Origin: Balanoglossus misakiensis
Lineage: Eukaryota > Animalia > Hemichordata
Reading direction: 5' to 3'
Assembly: GCA_040954595.2 (NCBI GenBank)
Contig: CM082579.2
Coordinates: 2,307,908-2,371,907, forward strand
Length of the DNA stretch: 64,000 nucleotides
The notes under the pieces are model-generated. The model saw only the letters and a list, made by a program, of their open reading frames with translations. It was not told the origin of the DNA and ran no database searches. The position numbers and the translations under genes are program-made. Positions 11,762-27,100 of the stretch are shown here, in pieces (the stretch's first letter is position 1; each line of letters begins with the position of its first letter).

Positions 11762-14700
11762 GATGCGATAGCACATAAATATGCATGAGGGAAACTGAGG
11801 AGAATAAGAATCTTTAAAAGTAGGAATTTGTGATACGGCGATGAGGAAATTAAAATTGATGATCTAAAAGGTTCACGATTTGTAAGGATAGGAAGGGTAT
11901 TCTACTATTGCAGCCATTACTCTAATAACTCTACCTATCTTGTAAAAATGGTTTCTAGGAAACGCCAATTTGCCCCGTTCGCATTGTCAGCTACCGTGAT
12001 ATTACTGAATATTGATCATTATTTAAGCGATTCATCGGGCTTGTGTGGTACCTCAGTGAACCCTCTCACATCAATTTCAATTTTTATTTTAAAGCGACAG
12101 CGGTTTCCTCTCTTGTGTCTAAAATGCTCAAAATAAGGGTGGGGAAAATACCTTTGCTCATGAAGGTCACGAACACACACACATTTCAATAGAACGTGTT
12201 TACCGGGAACGGATTTTTTGCGGACTTTAATCACACTCTCTGAGCAAGTGTTATTTGCGTGCCAGAGCCAACCACTTAACACAAATTAGTCGTAATTTCA
12301 GAGCACAGACAAAGATTTTTATCTTCTTAACCTTCAGACAAACTAAACGCGCGTCATCGCCGCGACTTGAAATTGTGTTAATTAATAGAAAACGTCAACG
12401 AATAAATTAGTTAGACAAACAAATGCCTGCTTATAATTTTACCTTGTAAACAAAGGGCGTACATACAGCTGATGAAAATTACATTCTTGACAAGATGATC
12501 GACCCCCCGCCCGCGTGTGATGTTCTGTGTTTCAAGTTGGAGGCGCTGTGCTTAGGCCAACTTGCCGTACCCTTTCGAAGATCTAATCAACTTAGATAGC
12601 GTCAAATATGGTATAGAGGGCGCTTTTTCATGTGTGCGGTTTTCGGGTCCAAATTATTCATTCTTTCTTCAATGTTACAGCGTCTCGTGGAATTTATTTC
12701 CTTCCCGCTATGATTTTGTCATTAAGAAGCATGATTGCTCTGGATAGATAGTTGATGACTTTCTAACATCCGAAAACCGTGGGGAGGTTCGCTGGGAACA
12801 CACTGTGGCAAAAAAACAACCATTGATCAATAAAGAAAGAATGAAATCGAGAAAGAGAGATTGAAATCATATTTTGAGAGGGTACAGTGAAGACCTCATT
12901 CCAGCCACCACAATCCCCATAGCGTGATGACTAAACATGTTCTGTTAATACCAGGCGGGAATAGTTTGAACTAAATCATTAATTAGAAGGTCTCAAAATG
13001 CATACTTCTGGGTTGCTTTGAAGAGTCTTAGGACCGGTTTTCAATTAGCTACACAAATTGTCTTATTGATTAAATAGTTTATCGCGCCTAAGTGGGTAGT
13101 ATTTCCTGTTGCCTTAATTGGTCATATATTTTATGCTAAGCGAAACAAGAATGGTTTTTATTTCGGACTATTCCGTTGACAGCCTATTCGCCAATCGCTG
13201 TCTGGGACCCGACGTCTTTTAAAGAGACTTAGTAACTTAAGACTTATCAAGGACACAGTGCGTTGGCGAAGAATAAGACAACACGGCGCGTCTGGATTAC
13301 TAATTAAGCTCCCCGCGTTATATCGACCGACAGACGTACTAATTCGAGATATCCGATGGGATTAGGGGATAAACTTTAATGGATTAATAATTGAAATGTC
13401 GATTTCAGTTGTTACAGTTAAGATATTAGAGTTAGATACGAAATATTTACATTACATCCATTTGTTTTTCTCAATTTTCCTTAAACTATACGGTGTGTTA
13501 TGCTTGTACGTCACGAAAGTCAAACGTTTCGTATTACAGCCTCCCAGAGCAAACATCAAATATTTAACTTCAGCGGTGTTTGAAAAGTGAGAGGGAGGGA
13601 TGGCGAGAGACATAGGGAGGCAGGTGGACAAGAGTGAGAGACAGACAGAGAAGACAAGCACGGAATTACAGACAGACAGACAGACAGACAGACCATAATG
13701 CACGATGTGAGAGAAGTGAAAATCAGATACCTTGGAGACATTGACAACAGATATTGACGCATGTACTTTAGATCTTTAGCTAAATGTTTATTTTCTAGAC
13801 CGGTGTCCACATGCACACCAAATGCAATGCAAGGTATTAGATTACATGACGTAAATTGTTAACTATGCAACCGTCAACTCTTGGGAATTAAGTTGAACAC
13901 GATTTCCTCATAAAACCTATCATAGGATGACGTCATAACCACTAGAGGAAGTTGAATGTTTTTATAATCTGGGACAAATACAAAATAAATTTGTGATAAT
14001 ATTATATTGTGTAATTCTAAACGTTCGCAGTAACACTTGTGATTTCGTGTGGCTTCGACAGGTCAACACAACTGACTTAACTTTTATTTTCGGTGTTCAT
14101 TCACACTTTTATTTTCAAGTCAAAATTACATCGGCAATAAAACATCCAGTCAAAGTGATTGAAAATAATAAACTTGACTGCCTCCGAGAATTAACGGCTA
14201 GGAAAATATCAAATTAACGTCGGCTTTATATTGGTCCCCGCTCTGAAAAGTTCATCAGTGCGTACAGCGCGGCGCTAGACGGAATTCAATGTAAACGACC
14301 TGGGGAAGAAAATAAAACCGTTCGCATATTCGATGTGGGTCATCGTCACACTGCTGTCGCCAGGAAAAAAACTAAATAAGCATCGACACCATTATTTATT
14401 TTCGTACATCGTCGGCGGAACCCATTCCTATCAAACCTGTCACCTCCGATGACAGCGTGGTAAAATAAACAAGAAGCGGAAGATATTTTACTACCGTATC
14501 TTGGGGGAGACTTCTGAATGTGTAGTCGGCCCATTAATCTTTCCCCGCGCTATAAAATATATATTTGGTTCAGATGACTTGTCTAAGGAGATAATCAATT
14601 CCTGCTTCTCAAATCAAACAAATATTCTTCCTATAACCTGCATATCAAAATACCGTGGATGGTAATGGTATTTCTGCCAAGCCGCTGGCGGTGATGCATT

Positions 14701-17700
14701 TTGGGATATATCGACCATATATGCGCAATACTTTCACATATTTCGCGAATAGTTGTCAGCATTCACAAAGCTAGTCGTTTTGTCTCAGGGTTGAAACTGA
14801 AGTAATTCTGAATGTTACCAATTCACGACAAAGTAAATTTGTGCCCAGCTATAATACAAGTCGACGCTTGGAGGGAGTGACACGTGGTTCAAGCCTTTAA
14901 ATTGTGTTTCAGTCACATCAGATGTATTAGGATAAAAAATCAAGTTAGAGTTTGTCAAATTGAAGTCAATAACGATATTACCCGATCCCGTCGACTGGCG
15001 CTGGCTGCCAATCGCAAGCCAGCGCAACTCAATTTGGAGAAGTATTAAGAAAGCTAGATTGAAGGTGAAATCGTGGTTTGCTCCGCTCGGTATTAATAAC
15101 TCCACCTGGGCGCATCGGGCAGTAAATCTAATTCTCCTATCGTTATCATGACAAATTGGAACTCAAAAATAGAACCCATTTGAAAGAAACCCCAAGTCCA
15201 CCGAGGAATGTCCCCGATATAAATCAAAGAGCGACCGTGTTTTGAGCTTAGTTACATTTACGACGTACAAAGTACATTTGGTATTAAATTCTGAACACCG
15301 TAAAATAGTGTTGAAATCAAAAAGCTTAGCACGCAAGCAACTCTAGCTGAGATCAGAAATATTAACTCATTTAAATTTTCTCCTCCCGTATTCTGTATAA
15401 TACTAAACATTTTGCAGGAAAAATAATTTAAGCAATCATATTTTTTCATGTTTTACTATAATAAAAATAAAATTTAAAAGTGTCGCCTGACGGTAAACAT
15501 CCTAATGGATTTTTAAAAATAACATAAATCTCGAATATAGAAAAAATGAAAGATTTAAATGAATATCAATATTTTCTGATGCTATACCTCACGTCTATAG
15601 TTTTGCTTGAGGCACCTTGGTAATGCCTCCCTAAGTTCATCCGAAACGACGCTGTTTTTAGCGCAATCGTTACACCCGAGACGGCGTATACAAATCGAAT
15701 GTTAAAAGCAAGTACGTCTTGCAATAAAAATATAAAATAATAGCGATCATCTCTTCTGATTAGAAGCCGGAGGAAGAAACAATTCAATGGACCGTTGCCC
15801 GGGAGACGGCGGTACGCCATAAAAATTTTAAGGGGAATCGCACGAGGGTGTACATTTCAGCGAAGCGTGTAGGAACAAGCTCATCAGACTAATGACAGTT
15901 ACTCCGTGGTGCGTGTCGTAACGTGCCTTCGGTGGGGCGCACATGGACTCAAAGTACCATGTATCTTTCCTAACTCGATAGCTCGCCAAAATTAATACCT
16001 TGAAGAAAAGCCGGAAATTTGCTTGTTTTTTCCCGTCTGTCACAGGTGGGTGCCTGTAATTTTGGCACAGCGCGTTTCTTACATGCATTCGATAAAATAC
16101 TTAGGTTAAGTTGCTTTAGGGACCACACCATTGGCCATAAACAGGGAATTTTTTAACGACATGGGTATCGCGCAAAGAAAATGGCTATTACGTTTGTGTT
16201 ATAAATCCAATTCAATCGCGTAAACTTCATCAGCTAAGTTTTAGTGCCTGCATTAATCCTAATGTCAAGAGAAATATAAAAAAGTAACAAGCAATCACCA
16301 CCGCGTGACCGACGAATGCCACGTGACGTGTTTTCACTTGAAATGTACAAACTTGTAATCATTGACATGTCAACCATTTAATTTTAAGAAATGCAACGGA
16401 TCATGCGCATGCTCGCAGGAGTCACGCGTCAGATTGTTAACAAGTAAAAGTCCAGTAGCAGACGATTGCAACGTGAATACGGCAGATCTGCTTTGTTACG
16501 GGCAATATTGTTTTACAGCGGGCGCCATTAATCTTAATTTCTAGACGAAGTCATTTTGACGGAAATAACAACGTCAAATTACCTGTATGTTACACTGTAT
16601 GTCAACATATAAATAGATTAAGAGAAGTGACTTGATGACCGACGATTCAGCTTTTTCAATAACCAGGAAGAAATAATGAAATAAATATTCCACGAATCAA
16701 AAGTTAACACCGATTTGATGGGTCTAGCCGTAATAATAGTTAATATATGTAACGTATATCTTGGGTACGATAAACTGTTCGCTTTGTTTGAAAGCAAACT
16801 TACCTTTACGATTTTTTCATTAACGCGATCCCCATAAGTGGCGATAAAATGATAGTGAAAAATTGGAATGATTTACGTGTTTTGCAAGGTATTTAATTGA
16901 AAAACAGAATTTGTGTATCAGCGGAGAAAAGTTCAAGCCACTGAGTCTGTGTTAAATGCAGTCGATTCTCCAGCCAACCTGACCTGACGTAGTACGCAGT
17001 TCAAAGCGGCCAAATTATAGCATAGGCTAGCGCTATAGGTGTCTTGTACAGTGTCAGATATTCGTGATATCGCTGCCCATGCATACTGTCATGACATCAA
17101 CGCAACAGCACCGCAGAATACCTGTCTGAGAAATAACCACAGAAGACCCATTGACACGTGTCAAAAAGAGTTCCACGTGTCAGTGTATAATTGAAGTTTT
17201 TGAATGATCTGGTGTCAAAGTGATAATTCTTAATAGGGATTTTTTTCATGTGTCTGATACGGGAGGGAAATTAGTATTCAAAGAAAGTCATCTGCGCCAG
17301 TGGCGCGTTGAATGGATTTTTTTTCCCAATCAATTCGTGAAGTACAGTCGATATGCGGGATTCATCTGCTCACTGTCAGTGACAAGTGCTGGCGCTAATG
17401 CTTGATATGAATTTTATCATTTTTATCCCCGTTGTCGTCGATTGTCCCGGCAACAAGGCGTGCGTGTCAATGACCGACAGAATACACCAATAAGTTTTTT
17501 CTGTTGTGGAGGTGTCTCTCACACCAATGAGGAATGCCTTTAGCTGTTGGAGTTTAACTTGTTTTGTTTTGCTATTTTCAGTAGTTTTTGGTCTATACGA
17601 TTTTATCAACAGTTTCTTGTTTTTCTTCCCTATGAAGTTAAATTTACACTTTTCTGTATTATTACCAATATTGTAGATCTCGGGAAACTAAGCGTCAAGG

Positions 17701-19679
17701 TAACGAGGTCTGACGAGAAAAGTGATCTACAGAGTCATACGTGCAATTCGTTTATCGCCAGGAATCAAATATTATACTTCAGGTGAGTCCACTATATTAC
17801 GTGTGGATGGGAAAGAACCCAATAACACGGGATACCTCCATCTCCTCTTACACTGTGGTTCAAACTTTAGAAAACACAGGGGGCCTACACGAGTTTGCAA
17901 GCATGAAGCATCCGAGACAAAGAATGTCATATGATCGTTCTGGTCGCTTGGAAATCCTTTGGTTATCATTCCGGTAATGTTTGGTGCTTAGAATCACCGT
18001 TACTTTAGTCTTACAAATATTTGACAACGCGTACACATAAAGTCGGCAGATTTCACAAGACATTTCAATTGCCTCTAGAGGAAAGGTCAAGCAATCAATT
18101 CTCTCTGGTATAATTTCTCCGCTTAACATCTGCTTGTAAAGGGGGAGGTCTGTAAAGGCCGATTTTGTGACATGTCTCCAAAGGGATCTCTGAACCAATA
18201 ATACACACACATGTGTACATGAAGTATCATAAAGAATATACAGTTCACGTTTATTAATTTTCTGTCACCTTGAAAAACCGCGATCGGCTTTGTAAAGGAC
18301 AAAACGACACATCAGAGTTGTAACAGTAGGCATGTCTTTGAAAATCAGCAGACTGTATAATATTTATTAAAATTTTCTAGTAGGTTTGAAAAGATCCATG
18401 GAAATCGCACTGAGATAAATTACAAGTCACAATCCTTCGAAATCTGTCCTGAGTACTGAGTTCGCTCTGCCTATACATTCCCTATAAATTCAGAACTCAC
18501 CTACAACGCAGCGATCGCATGTATAACCTTCAGTTTTTGACAAAGCATCCTGGATACGCACATATTCTTAGTGTTTTGGCGCTTGTATGAGCTGCAATAG
18601 GAAGGAATTTAGACCGCCAAACCGACGCGAAACCTACTTAGAGTAGATTTATCACTGTCTTAACATTTACAAAAGCCACAAGGTCATCCCTTGGATTTTC
18701 AGGGGTTTTTATGACTACCCCAAATATGTGAAATAAGCGCCATAATTCCATATATGCACCGTGCCATTTAAACATAATATCACGATTGTAAAAAATAACG
18801 ACGTATCGTAGAGCCAAATGTTACTTTGATTGGAATTGAAAGGCAACAACGGCCAGGGATAGATATTTCTTCTCAAAGGAACTTATCCGTTTGAATCAAA
18901 TGCATATATTCTTGTTTCACAAATGTCAAGATATCAGACAGTCATCCAGAAGATATGTCTGACTAAACACGGCATATCGTGGATGTTGACAGAGTCAAAA
19001 CATGATCCGTTTTAGGTTTTTTCTCTGATGACAGAATCGACTGAATGAATTCAGTTGCACAATCGCCCACCGACGCGTACAATGCCAGTGACGCGCTTAG
19101 TGGCGTAAAGGTTGGTTTCTTTCAAAACATACTCAAAGAATCCATAAATACGACAGCGATTTCACACCCGCTTTACTAGATCCTGCCATTTTGTCCTCGT
19201 GGAAGTCCCACGGGCATTGGCATTTTTGTGGGGGAAAATCTGGTATGTTTTCTAAACCAATTGTGTGTTTTGTAACGTGGCATTTTCAATGGCATCTTAC
19301 ATTAGTAGAAAGGAGCAGGCAAACTTGTATAGCGGAGTGCGTCCTGGTGATATTCAAACACGACGACGACAAAACATATGTTCCTATTTGACGAGAGGTC
19401 ACGAAGATTTGTAAATGGATGTATGTTAGCTCTAATTCACGTATGATCAAGTGTGTGTACAGGGACCCATTCCTTAGTGAGGATTATCTTAGACCAGTCC
19501 AGGTTCTGGCATCTCAAAGTGTTATATTGTGTCTGTTGGGCAAGATCGCTCTCAGTGTAAACATACTGTTGTTAGCATCTAGAAATGGTTCTACTTTTCA
19601 CATTTCTGTTATTTTTTCTCCAACAAAATCTCTGTATGACATGGGACTTGTATACCGACAGGTATAACCTAACGATAAT

Positions 19680-19800
19680 TTAGCTTCTGAAATCCCATTT
19701 ATTAAACATGGCCGACATCCGCCATCTTGAAATTCTGTCGACCACGTGAGAATTTTATCACTTACCCAGCTAGCCAAAACCTATTTAAGGTAGTGAGAAT
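19680..19800. mobile_element. Dispersed repeat fragment, copy 1 (direct repeat of 28338-28442)
   Basis: An approximately 84-bp core ATCCGCCATCTTGAAATTCTGTCGACCACGTGAG...TTTAAGGTAGTGAGAAT is shared with copy 2 at about 90% identity by eye. Confidence 0.7.
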
Positions 19801-20850
19801 TGAATGACAGTATACAACAAGTACCTCCCGTCTGTTTCACTTCTGTCTCTTACATATCCAAATACTGGCGCCTATCTTTCTGCGTGTTTCATTTTAAATC
19901 AATTTTATTATCTACCGCTGCGCCATGGCATTATTATATATTTACACGTCGGCAAGGTAATAAGGAACGGGACAAAACGGAAAGCTATAAACACGTCATG
20001 GTAAAATACGATACGGAAATATAGTTATTTTACACCAAGGGACTAAGATATGATTCAATTGATTAAAAATTAACCAGCGAAGTATACATGCAGGCAGATT
20101 GGCACCACGGTTTATTTATGGCAGAAGTCAGGAAGACGATAGTGCAGTGCTGTATCCCTGTCATAAGAATAAGCTGTAACCACCTGAAAGCCATGAGACT
20201 ATCGTCTGAATGCTTATATCAGCTGAGGTTAGGTTAGGATAGGTTGGGTTAGATATGACCTGTTATTGCCATGTGGATATCTATACATTTGTCGTCCAGA
20301 TGCGCTTATGTTCAGTCTACGCAGTTTGTTGACAGCACCTGCAATGTAATATTCCTTCTGTTGTCTCCACCATTTCTGATGTATTCTTACGTCACACCTT
20401 CCTGTTAATTTCTAAAACATCGTTTAACTTTATTAAGTCACCCTCTGTGATGTCTGTCCAAGCGTCTTTCTGTTGTCATCTACTGTTTGCTCATACAATA
20501 CGCAGTAATTAAGACAACAATTAAGCTACATATTAAGACTACTTGCTCAAAATTCTGTCAACTTTCAAAAGACATATTGATCATTTTAGATTACAGCCGT
20601 GCTTCCGGCAAGCGGAATGCACGGTGCATAATAATGACGTGTTTTAATATTTAATGAATCGATTGACGTTAAAAATACATGGAGATGGTCTCCACCGAGT
20701 GTGACTGGTGTAACTCAAACATTCATGACAATTTACCTTCTGAGTGAATTGTTTCAATATGGCGTAACGTTTAGATGTGATCCCATTCGCCCGCAGGTTC
20801 ATGGTCTTTGATGTCGTGGCATTTCGAAAACACTTTAATTGAACAACTAT

Positions 20851-21145
20851 TAGTGCGCTAATGTTTGATGAAAAAAACTTTGTGTATTTAATGGACCCTT
20901 TGGTGATACACCAAGGTTGTTTGCGGTAATGTGGTCCAGTCTTTGTCTTTGGACCTTTTTGGTCTTTTAAAACCGACAGTGAATCTTTTGGCATAGCAAG
21001 GTTGACTGCATTAACTTCATTCCCACCACGAGAGCAACCGATGCCCTTTTAAAGGTTTGATTGAAGCTAATGCGTGCAACCTTGCTGTAACTCAAACGGG
21101 TGCATTAAATATACAAAGATGTTTTATCAAGCATAAGCAAACTGA
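20851..21145. mobile_element. Imperfect foldback / MITE-like inverted repeat
   Basis: 20851-20919 pairs with 21077-21145. An inner pair 20995-21019 matches 21062-21086. Confidence 0.6.
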
Positions 21146-24100
21146 TATTTCTACAATAACAGTATTTTTGAAGTGAAAAAAAATATCAAAGACCAAAAGA
21201 CCAGACCCTGAACCTGTGAATGAACGAGTCAAACTCGTAGTTGTAGCGAACTGGTCCTTTGAACCACGGGAAGTTTGATGTTTAATAGGTGATCATTACC
21301 ACCAACTAGTTTCGTAAAGATACCCTGGATCTTGGCTAAGTCCATCTACACATCCGTCATCGCGACGGATATCGCTAGAAATCAAGTGCGTGATTTACGA
21401 GTTATGCACTCGCCAACCGCACTCACGCGGGAGCACCTAGTACCTACAATCGTGATTTCTCATGGTCTGAAGAAGAGATGGCGTATGATGATAAAATTAA
21501 GTGATGTCAGCGGAGACAGTGTCCCCTCCACGGGGAGGATTGTTAATGAACCAAGTCAACTAACCATGTGCTTTATGCATCATAAATTAACCGTGAATTT
21601 AATTGAAATCCTTAGATTTATCGTTCATAGAGACTGAGTTTTCGCATACATTTGTTGTGATATGAATTTCTCGTTCACCTGGACAGATGTGACATACCAC
21701 CGAGATAATCAGAGGCCTAAAGGGTTCTTTGCTTAGTTAGAGGATTTTGGAACATTTACAATGTTCATTGGTTACTTATGGCTGTACACAAAAGAGGAAG
21801 AAGTTATGGGTGACGCTATAACCCCCCCCCCCCCTGTAAGTCGCCCTGCAGGAGAAGATGAAACTGCACGGGAGGGTATCATCTATGATTGAACAGAAAG
21901 CACGGTACTTTGATTTATTTGCTGATGTCTTCGGTTGGTCCTCAATGCTCTCATAATTTGTTGTGATTCTTTCCGGGTTATTTCCACGAGTAAATGCAGT
22001 ATTACAGGAGGCACCTGTCAGATTTGGACGTGAACAAATACACTTGTGGTTGCGCAAGCAAACACGGAGATTTGAGGACGACCAGATAATTTGATTTAGG
22101 GAACTAAGTTGATTTGGTTACTACACTGATTAGGGGGTGTGTTGATGTGTAACTAAGGATGTGATTACACAGTTTGACTGGAGAATGTGTCCCTAGAGCG
22201 GAGACAAGTGAGGGTCTGTGTTAATAATTGCGGTATCAGGACAGCCACCCCCTGGACTTTTTGTCATCCGGGCATTTCCCACCCATCAATTACGGGCAGG
22301 GTATAGAGAGGTCGAGGTGTAACCGTTCCAAACCAGAACACGCATGCCATCTGCCTGCGAGACAGACTGTCTCAGGTACAGGCAGAGTCGATCACTGTGC
22401 GTGGATGTGTCGGTATGCGATATGTCAGTTTGACTTTACAAGCGCAAAACTTTTATGATTCGCGGTTGTTCTCTGAGTAGATGATGGTTCGTTTACTGGG
22501 ATAAATAGGTTCATAAGACATCCGTACTGTACAGATCGCGCGCAGAGGTCATGAAGTTCTGTCATATTCCTGAACACATGATGGTTTCAATGTATTATTT
22601 AATTATTTTCCCGTAGAAAAGTCTGTGGTAACTAATTCGCTTCAGAAAAACGATCAGTAAATTTGATATCTCGATACTGTAGAATCCAGGAGTTTGCAAG
22701 GTGATCCTAAGACAAAGGTTTTGATTTTTTATGCATGAGTAACGTGTAGAACTAGGCCCTTGTTTGCGGCTATGTTATATGATCTGTCGGGAATACAGGC
22801 GATGGATAACGCAGAGACACAGTAGTGTGTTTGTTACCCACCGGAATGCATGGTTTTGAAGCATGCACACGCATACACTTGAGATAGTGATAGTTCTGGA
22901 TACATAACGAACTAAAGATGGATGGATGGAAAGATTTTAGAAGAATCGACGCGATTGCATTAAATGGTAGATTGATGCTGCTATCATAGTTGCATGCCAA
23001 TGGAATAGACCAGGAAATTGAATAGTGGACTCGATTGAGTCTGGCTCTATTGACGACACTGCTATAAATATACTGGCCTTCTCGGTTGTGCGTGGGTTTC
23101 CAAGTCTTGGTGATTGATATCGCGTATCTTGAGGTAACTGTCTTTTTGAATTTCATAGAAGATGATTCTGAATAGAGTATGTAGTTGATTTATTCGTCGT
23201 AGGCAACTGAATAATCTGGCTTATCTCGCTGGACAATATAACATTTAAACGACAGAATGAATGGGTAAAACGCCACAGTCTGGTAGCGTTTCATAACGAT
23301 GCTAGACTGTGGCCCAAGAGAACATAGTCCGTTCAGAGAGATTTATCGACTGACTGATTCACTGACTTAGTAACCGACCGATCGACCGACCACTGGCAAC
23401 CACCCACCCGCTACCTCCACCCATCTATCCATACACCTTGTGCCATTTGTCCGTCTTCCTTGAAGGCTAAATGGATATGAGCACAAATTCTTCATTGCGA
23501 CAAGAGGCGTGGTGGTTAAGCGCAAAGCAATTGAATTTGGTCGACGGTCCTCTGTGGGAAAATTGTAGGCAGGCGGGGGATATTTGACATTTTTTGGTCG
23601 GCTTTTATGTTCTCCGTTGCTTACAAGTGTGACAAAAATAGAATTGAGGCGCCCTCTAAAGACTGCTTGTCCACAATTTACTTCCAAACCGATTACCGTG
23701 TGCAAACACAGCCCCGAAGCAATCGCCGTGTTGCGGGTCAATTTTAAGTGATCGTATAGCTGAAAAATGTCAAATCTTATTGAACCGCTCTGCTTAGTGA
23801 AGCACAACTATGTGACAGCCTCAGCATTTACACGGCAAGTATTTGACATTGATGAGGTGTGGACAAGCCGACGTGATTTCGGTACAAAAACAGAGTGACC
23901 TCAAAGTACAACCTTTCTAAAACGTATAATTGGGTTTCCACTGACAATCCCAACAAACGCGAAACGAAAGCATTTGTTCTTGCGAAAGCTTCACCCATAA
24001 CGATCATCAGAATATGGGGTAGCCTACACGTGATGTCAGAAGATTGATGGTACCTTGTGTGCAACGATTAGGGACAAATTGACAAGTCGACGTTAAACTC

Positions 24101-27100
24101 TGGACCAGGTCATGCCATTTCAAGGCAGTATTTTTCATAATTTATGACAAGATTAATGGTCCCTCTGCGGCTGCGCCTACGTGTTTTCTCGAGAAGGCTT
24201 TTAAAAGTAATTAACGAGACGATGGCACTTGCTGACGTCATGTCAATTTTTATGAAACAAGATAAAACCTTGATAGAAGCGGAATGTGGAAAAAGCGAAA
24301 AAAACATCGAAACGAGTGTTGTTGAAGCAATCGCATTCTGAAAACCAGAACGTCTATTTTGAGTCGGTTGATGAGTCACGCACACAAGGGTAGTCTCTGG
24401 TGCGTGCAGACAGACATACTGTCGACCGGTCCCAGAGATGTCTGGAGGTGGAATCCGAGCTCGATAACATTGTGCTTTGAAGCAGTAAAACGTATGTCTG
24501 GATATAATTCCATCTTTGATCATATGAGTCATTTAATTTGCAATCACATGCATGGAAGAACAACTAATGTTACATATATCGTCTACACTTTCCATGCATT
24601 AAAATGAGCCAGGTAATTTTCCCCCGGTCCGAAAAAAGTTGATATTAAAACCTACTAAGGTCGAACGTCTGCACTTTACACCCAGGCAGTAAAATTCATG
24701 CACTGCTTGCCCAGTCGCTTGGATTGCGTTGAGTGGTGAAGGTGGTATGCGGACCTATTCCGACAAGGGTCAGGCGACCAAAATTTTAGAGAAATCTGTT
24801 TTCTGGAAAACATATGGTACACGTTCTGAACACGGGTTTACATGTATGTACGGTGCGTGAAGATGGCTTTCATTTAGTCTGCCTCTACACAGCGTTCAGG
24901 TCAAAAATGCAGTGTCAGGGAATACTGCAACCAGTCTTGACATGGGTGCAGGGGCATGTCATGTGGTCAAAGAAACTGTATTCACATAATTCCCTTTGTG
25001 CATTTCGTGTTGAAGTTATGTAAGTGGCTATCAAAGACGGTGCCCCCGCAGCGCAGCCCATGGTTGGACAAGCCTCAAGTAATACCAGTAACAGGTGTTC
25101 CCGTCGCATAGCTGACACTGACAGCGGTCACCCCATAAACCATGGTGTGTACATCGAACTTCACTTGCTGGTTTACATAAAACGCATTCTGCTGAATATG
25201 GCATACTATAGGGAACAAGTGTCCCTTTCCTTCCTTCGTGAATTTCCATGCAAACTCATCTTTGTATAATTTAGTAACGGACATGGCACAATATCGATAC
25301 GTATGGTCTTAGGCGAGATTTTAAAACAAATTTCGTCCTATTTATTTTCTCTGAGTGTCTCTTTGTCAAACTCGACCTTACATGATGGAATGTCGCTCTT
25401 ACAATTCATTGCCGATAAATACTCTCTACACGTGTACCCATTTCCGTTTCCGCCATTTCTAATTATTAGACTCGAGTGTGTTTATGCATATAATTTAATG
25501 ATGGCACACGGAAAGAATTCTCCGTCTGGTACGTACATGTAACGTCTCGTATACGTTTTAAAATTCTCCAAAGATCTTCATAATTATAAAGTTCTGAGAG
25601 TTTAATATGATAAGTATATAACGCCCACGGTCACGTGACATTCATCCCCTGGGATGACATCGATCATCTAAAGATCTAGTCAGGGAATTATTGCCCAAAA
25701 AATTGATGATATTGAACATTAGACGGAGCAATCAAGCCCCTACGCTCATAAACCATGCTTCCAACATCAAAACACACTTCTCGACAGTTGAGTTAGAGTC
25801 AATATTCTTCTCGTGACATGTTTCGCCCACGCAGAAAAATTCGCTTTGTAATTGTCAAAATTATCTTACTGTGCGTGAAAAGAAGTGAACGCGTGACAGT
25901 AAAATACGTTATGCTGGTAATTATACTCGAAGATTTTATGCTACATTTTGTACTTTGAAGTGTCTAAGAGAAAATATGAAATATTGGACGAGAAATCGTA
26001 GTAAGAGATATTTAAGTCGGTTGAAGAGGTCGTAACTGATATATATGTCGTAATCCCACCCGTTAAATGCTCGGCAATCATAGGTAAAATGGCAAAGCTA
26101 CTAGAGAATGCCAATCACACGAACCTTTGCTCTCTTGCCCAGGGCTTCTGAAAATCAATACTGCAGATGACATTGTTTGATCAGTGTACAATAATGTCTG
26201 TGATATAGTCTGTCGGAGTGAGGTGATCTCGGTGACCGAACAGTTAAATGGTATAGGAGGCTTGTTAACCGCCCGTCCGTCCGTCTGTCCATCCCATCCA
26301 AAACACCCGCCCACCCATCAGCTCTTAACTAAATGCCCATTTGGTCGATTTAAGGAACAATCTAGGAACATTTACATTAATAATGTTAAGGTTGTTACCG
26401 GGTAATATTAAAACATGTATAGTTTGGGAACTATGGTCATGAATTGACAAAGGAGTAGGATAAGTTGACTACAAAGTTCCCCAGTGGTTACAACACGATA
26501 CATGTGGGGCAATGCAGCCCAACTGATCAGACGCAAACTGCAGAAAAACAACACGATATCCCCTTTCACGTTTTCTTCTTGCAATCAAACTGACCGCTCG
26601 GGTAAACTTCCCGTTGATTTCCGTTCTCATCATCCTGGATAGTTGGAGTCCCGGCATGCAATACTGTATCGCTGACTATAGGCTATTGCTCCAGGGGCAA
26701 GCAGACCTTTGTTCAATTAAGTCGACAGTAATCGAGGGCACGCTAGGTTCGCATGATATAATGACAAGGGGGGTTGAATTCACATGGAAGTCAACGCACA
26801 AGGAAAAAAAATATCTTGTTGTGCTCGAAAACGGAATAGAGACAAACTAAATACTACAGATCGCCAAGAGGGTGGCTGTTTCATTATGCAAATACGCATT
26901 GTCGTCATTTTCTTTAGCCCCACGCAAATTCATATAAACCGCAATGGGCATATAATAAAAGCCATTTCTCTCTTTCCGTGTAGGTGGCCCGTGTTCAGTA
27001 AATTCAATTTGCTTATTATGAGAGCATGATAAAGTATTTTCCCACTTAGTAATTTAATTGGATTAGATTGATCTGCAATACGTATATTTGTCTATAATAT

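Noticed and set aside
18688-18711. Hairpin plus T-run resembling a rho-independent terminator
   Set aside because: Eukaryotic intergenic DNA with no upstream gene; expected by chance.
21776-22063. Minus-strand ORF with CxC...GxxC resembling half an EGF domain
   Set aside because: Only four of six cysteines, non-ATG start, no convincing splice sites and no neighbouring exons.
23504-23580. Possible tRNA or SINE head (GGCGTGGTGGTTAAGCG, A-box-like)
   Set aside because: No B-box (GTTCRA) or cloverleaf downstream.
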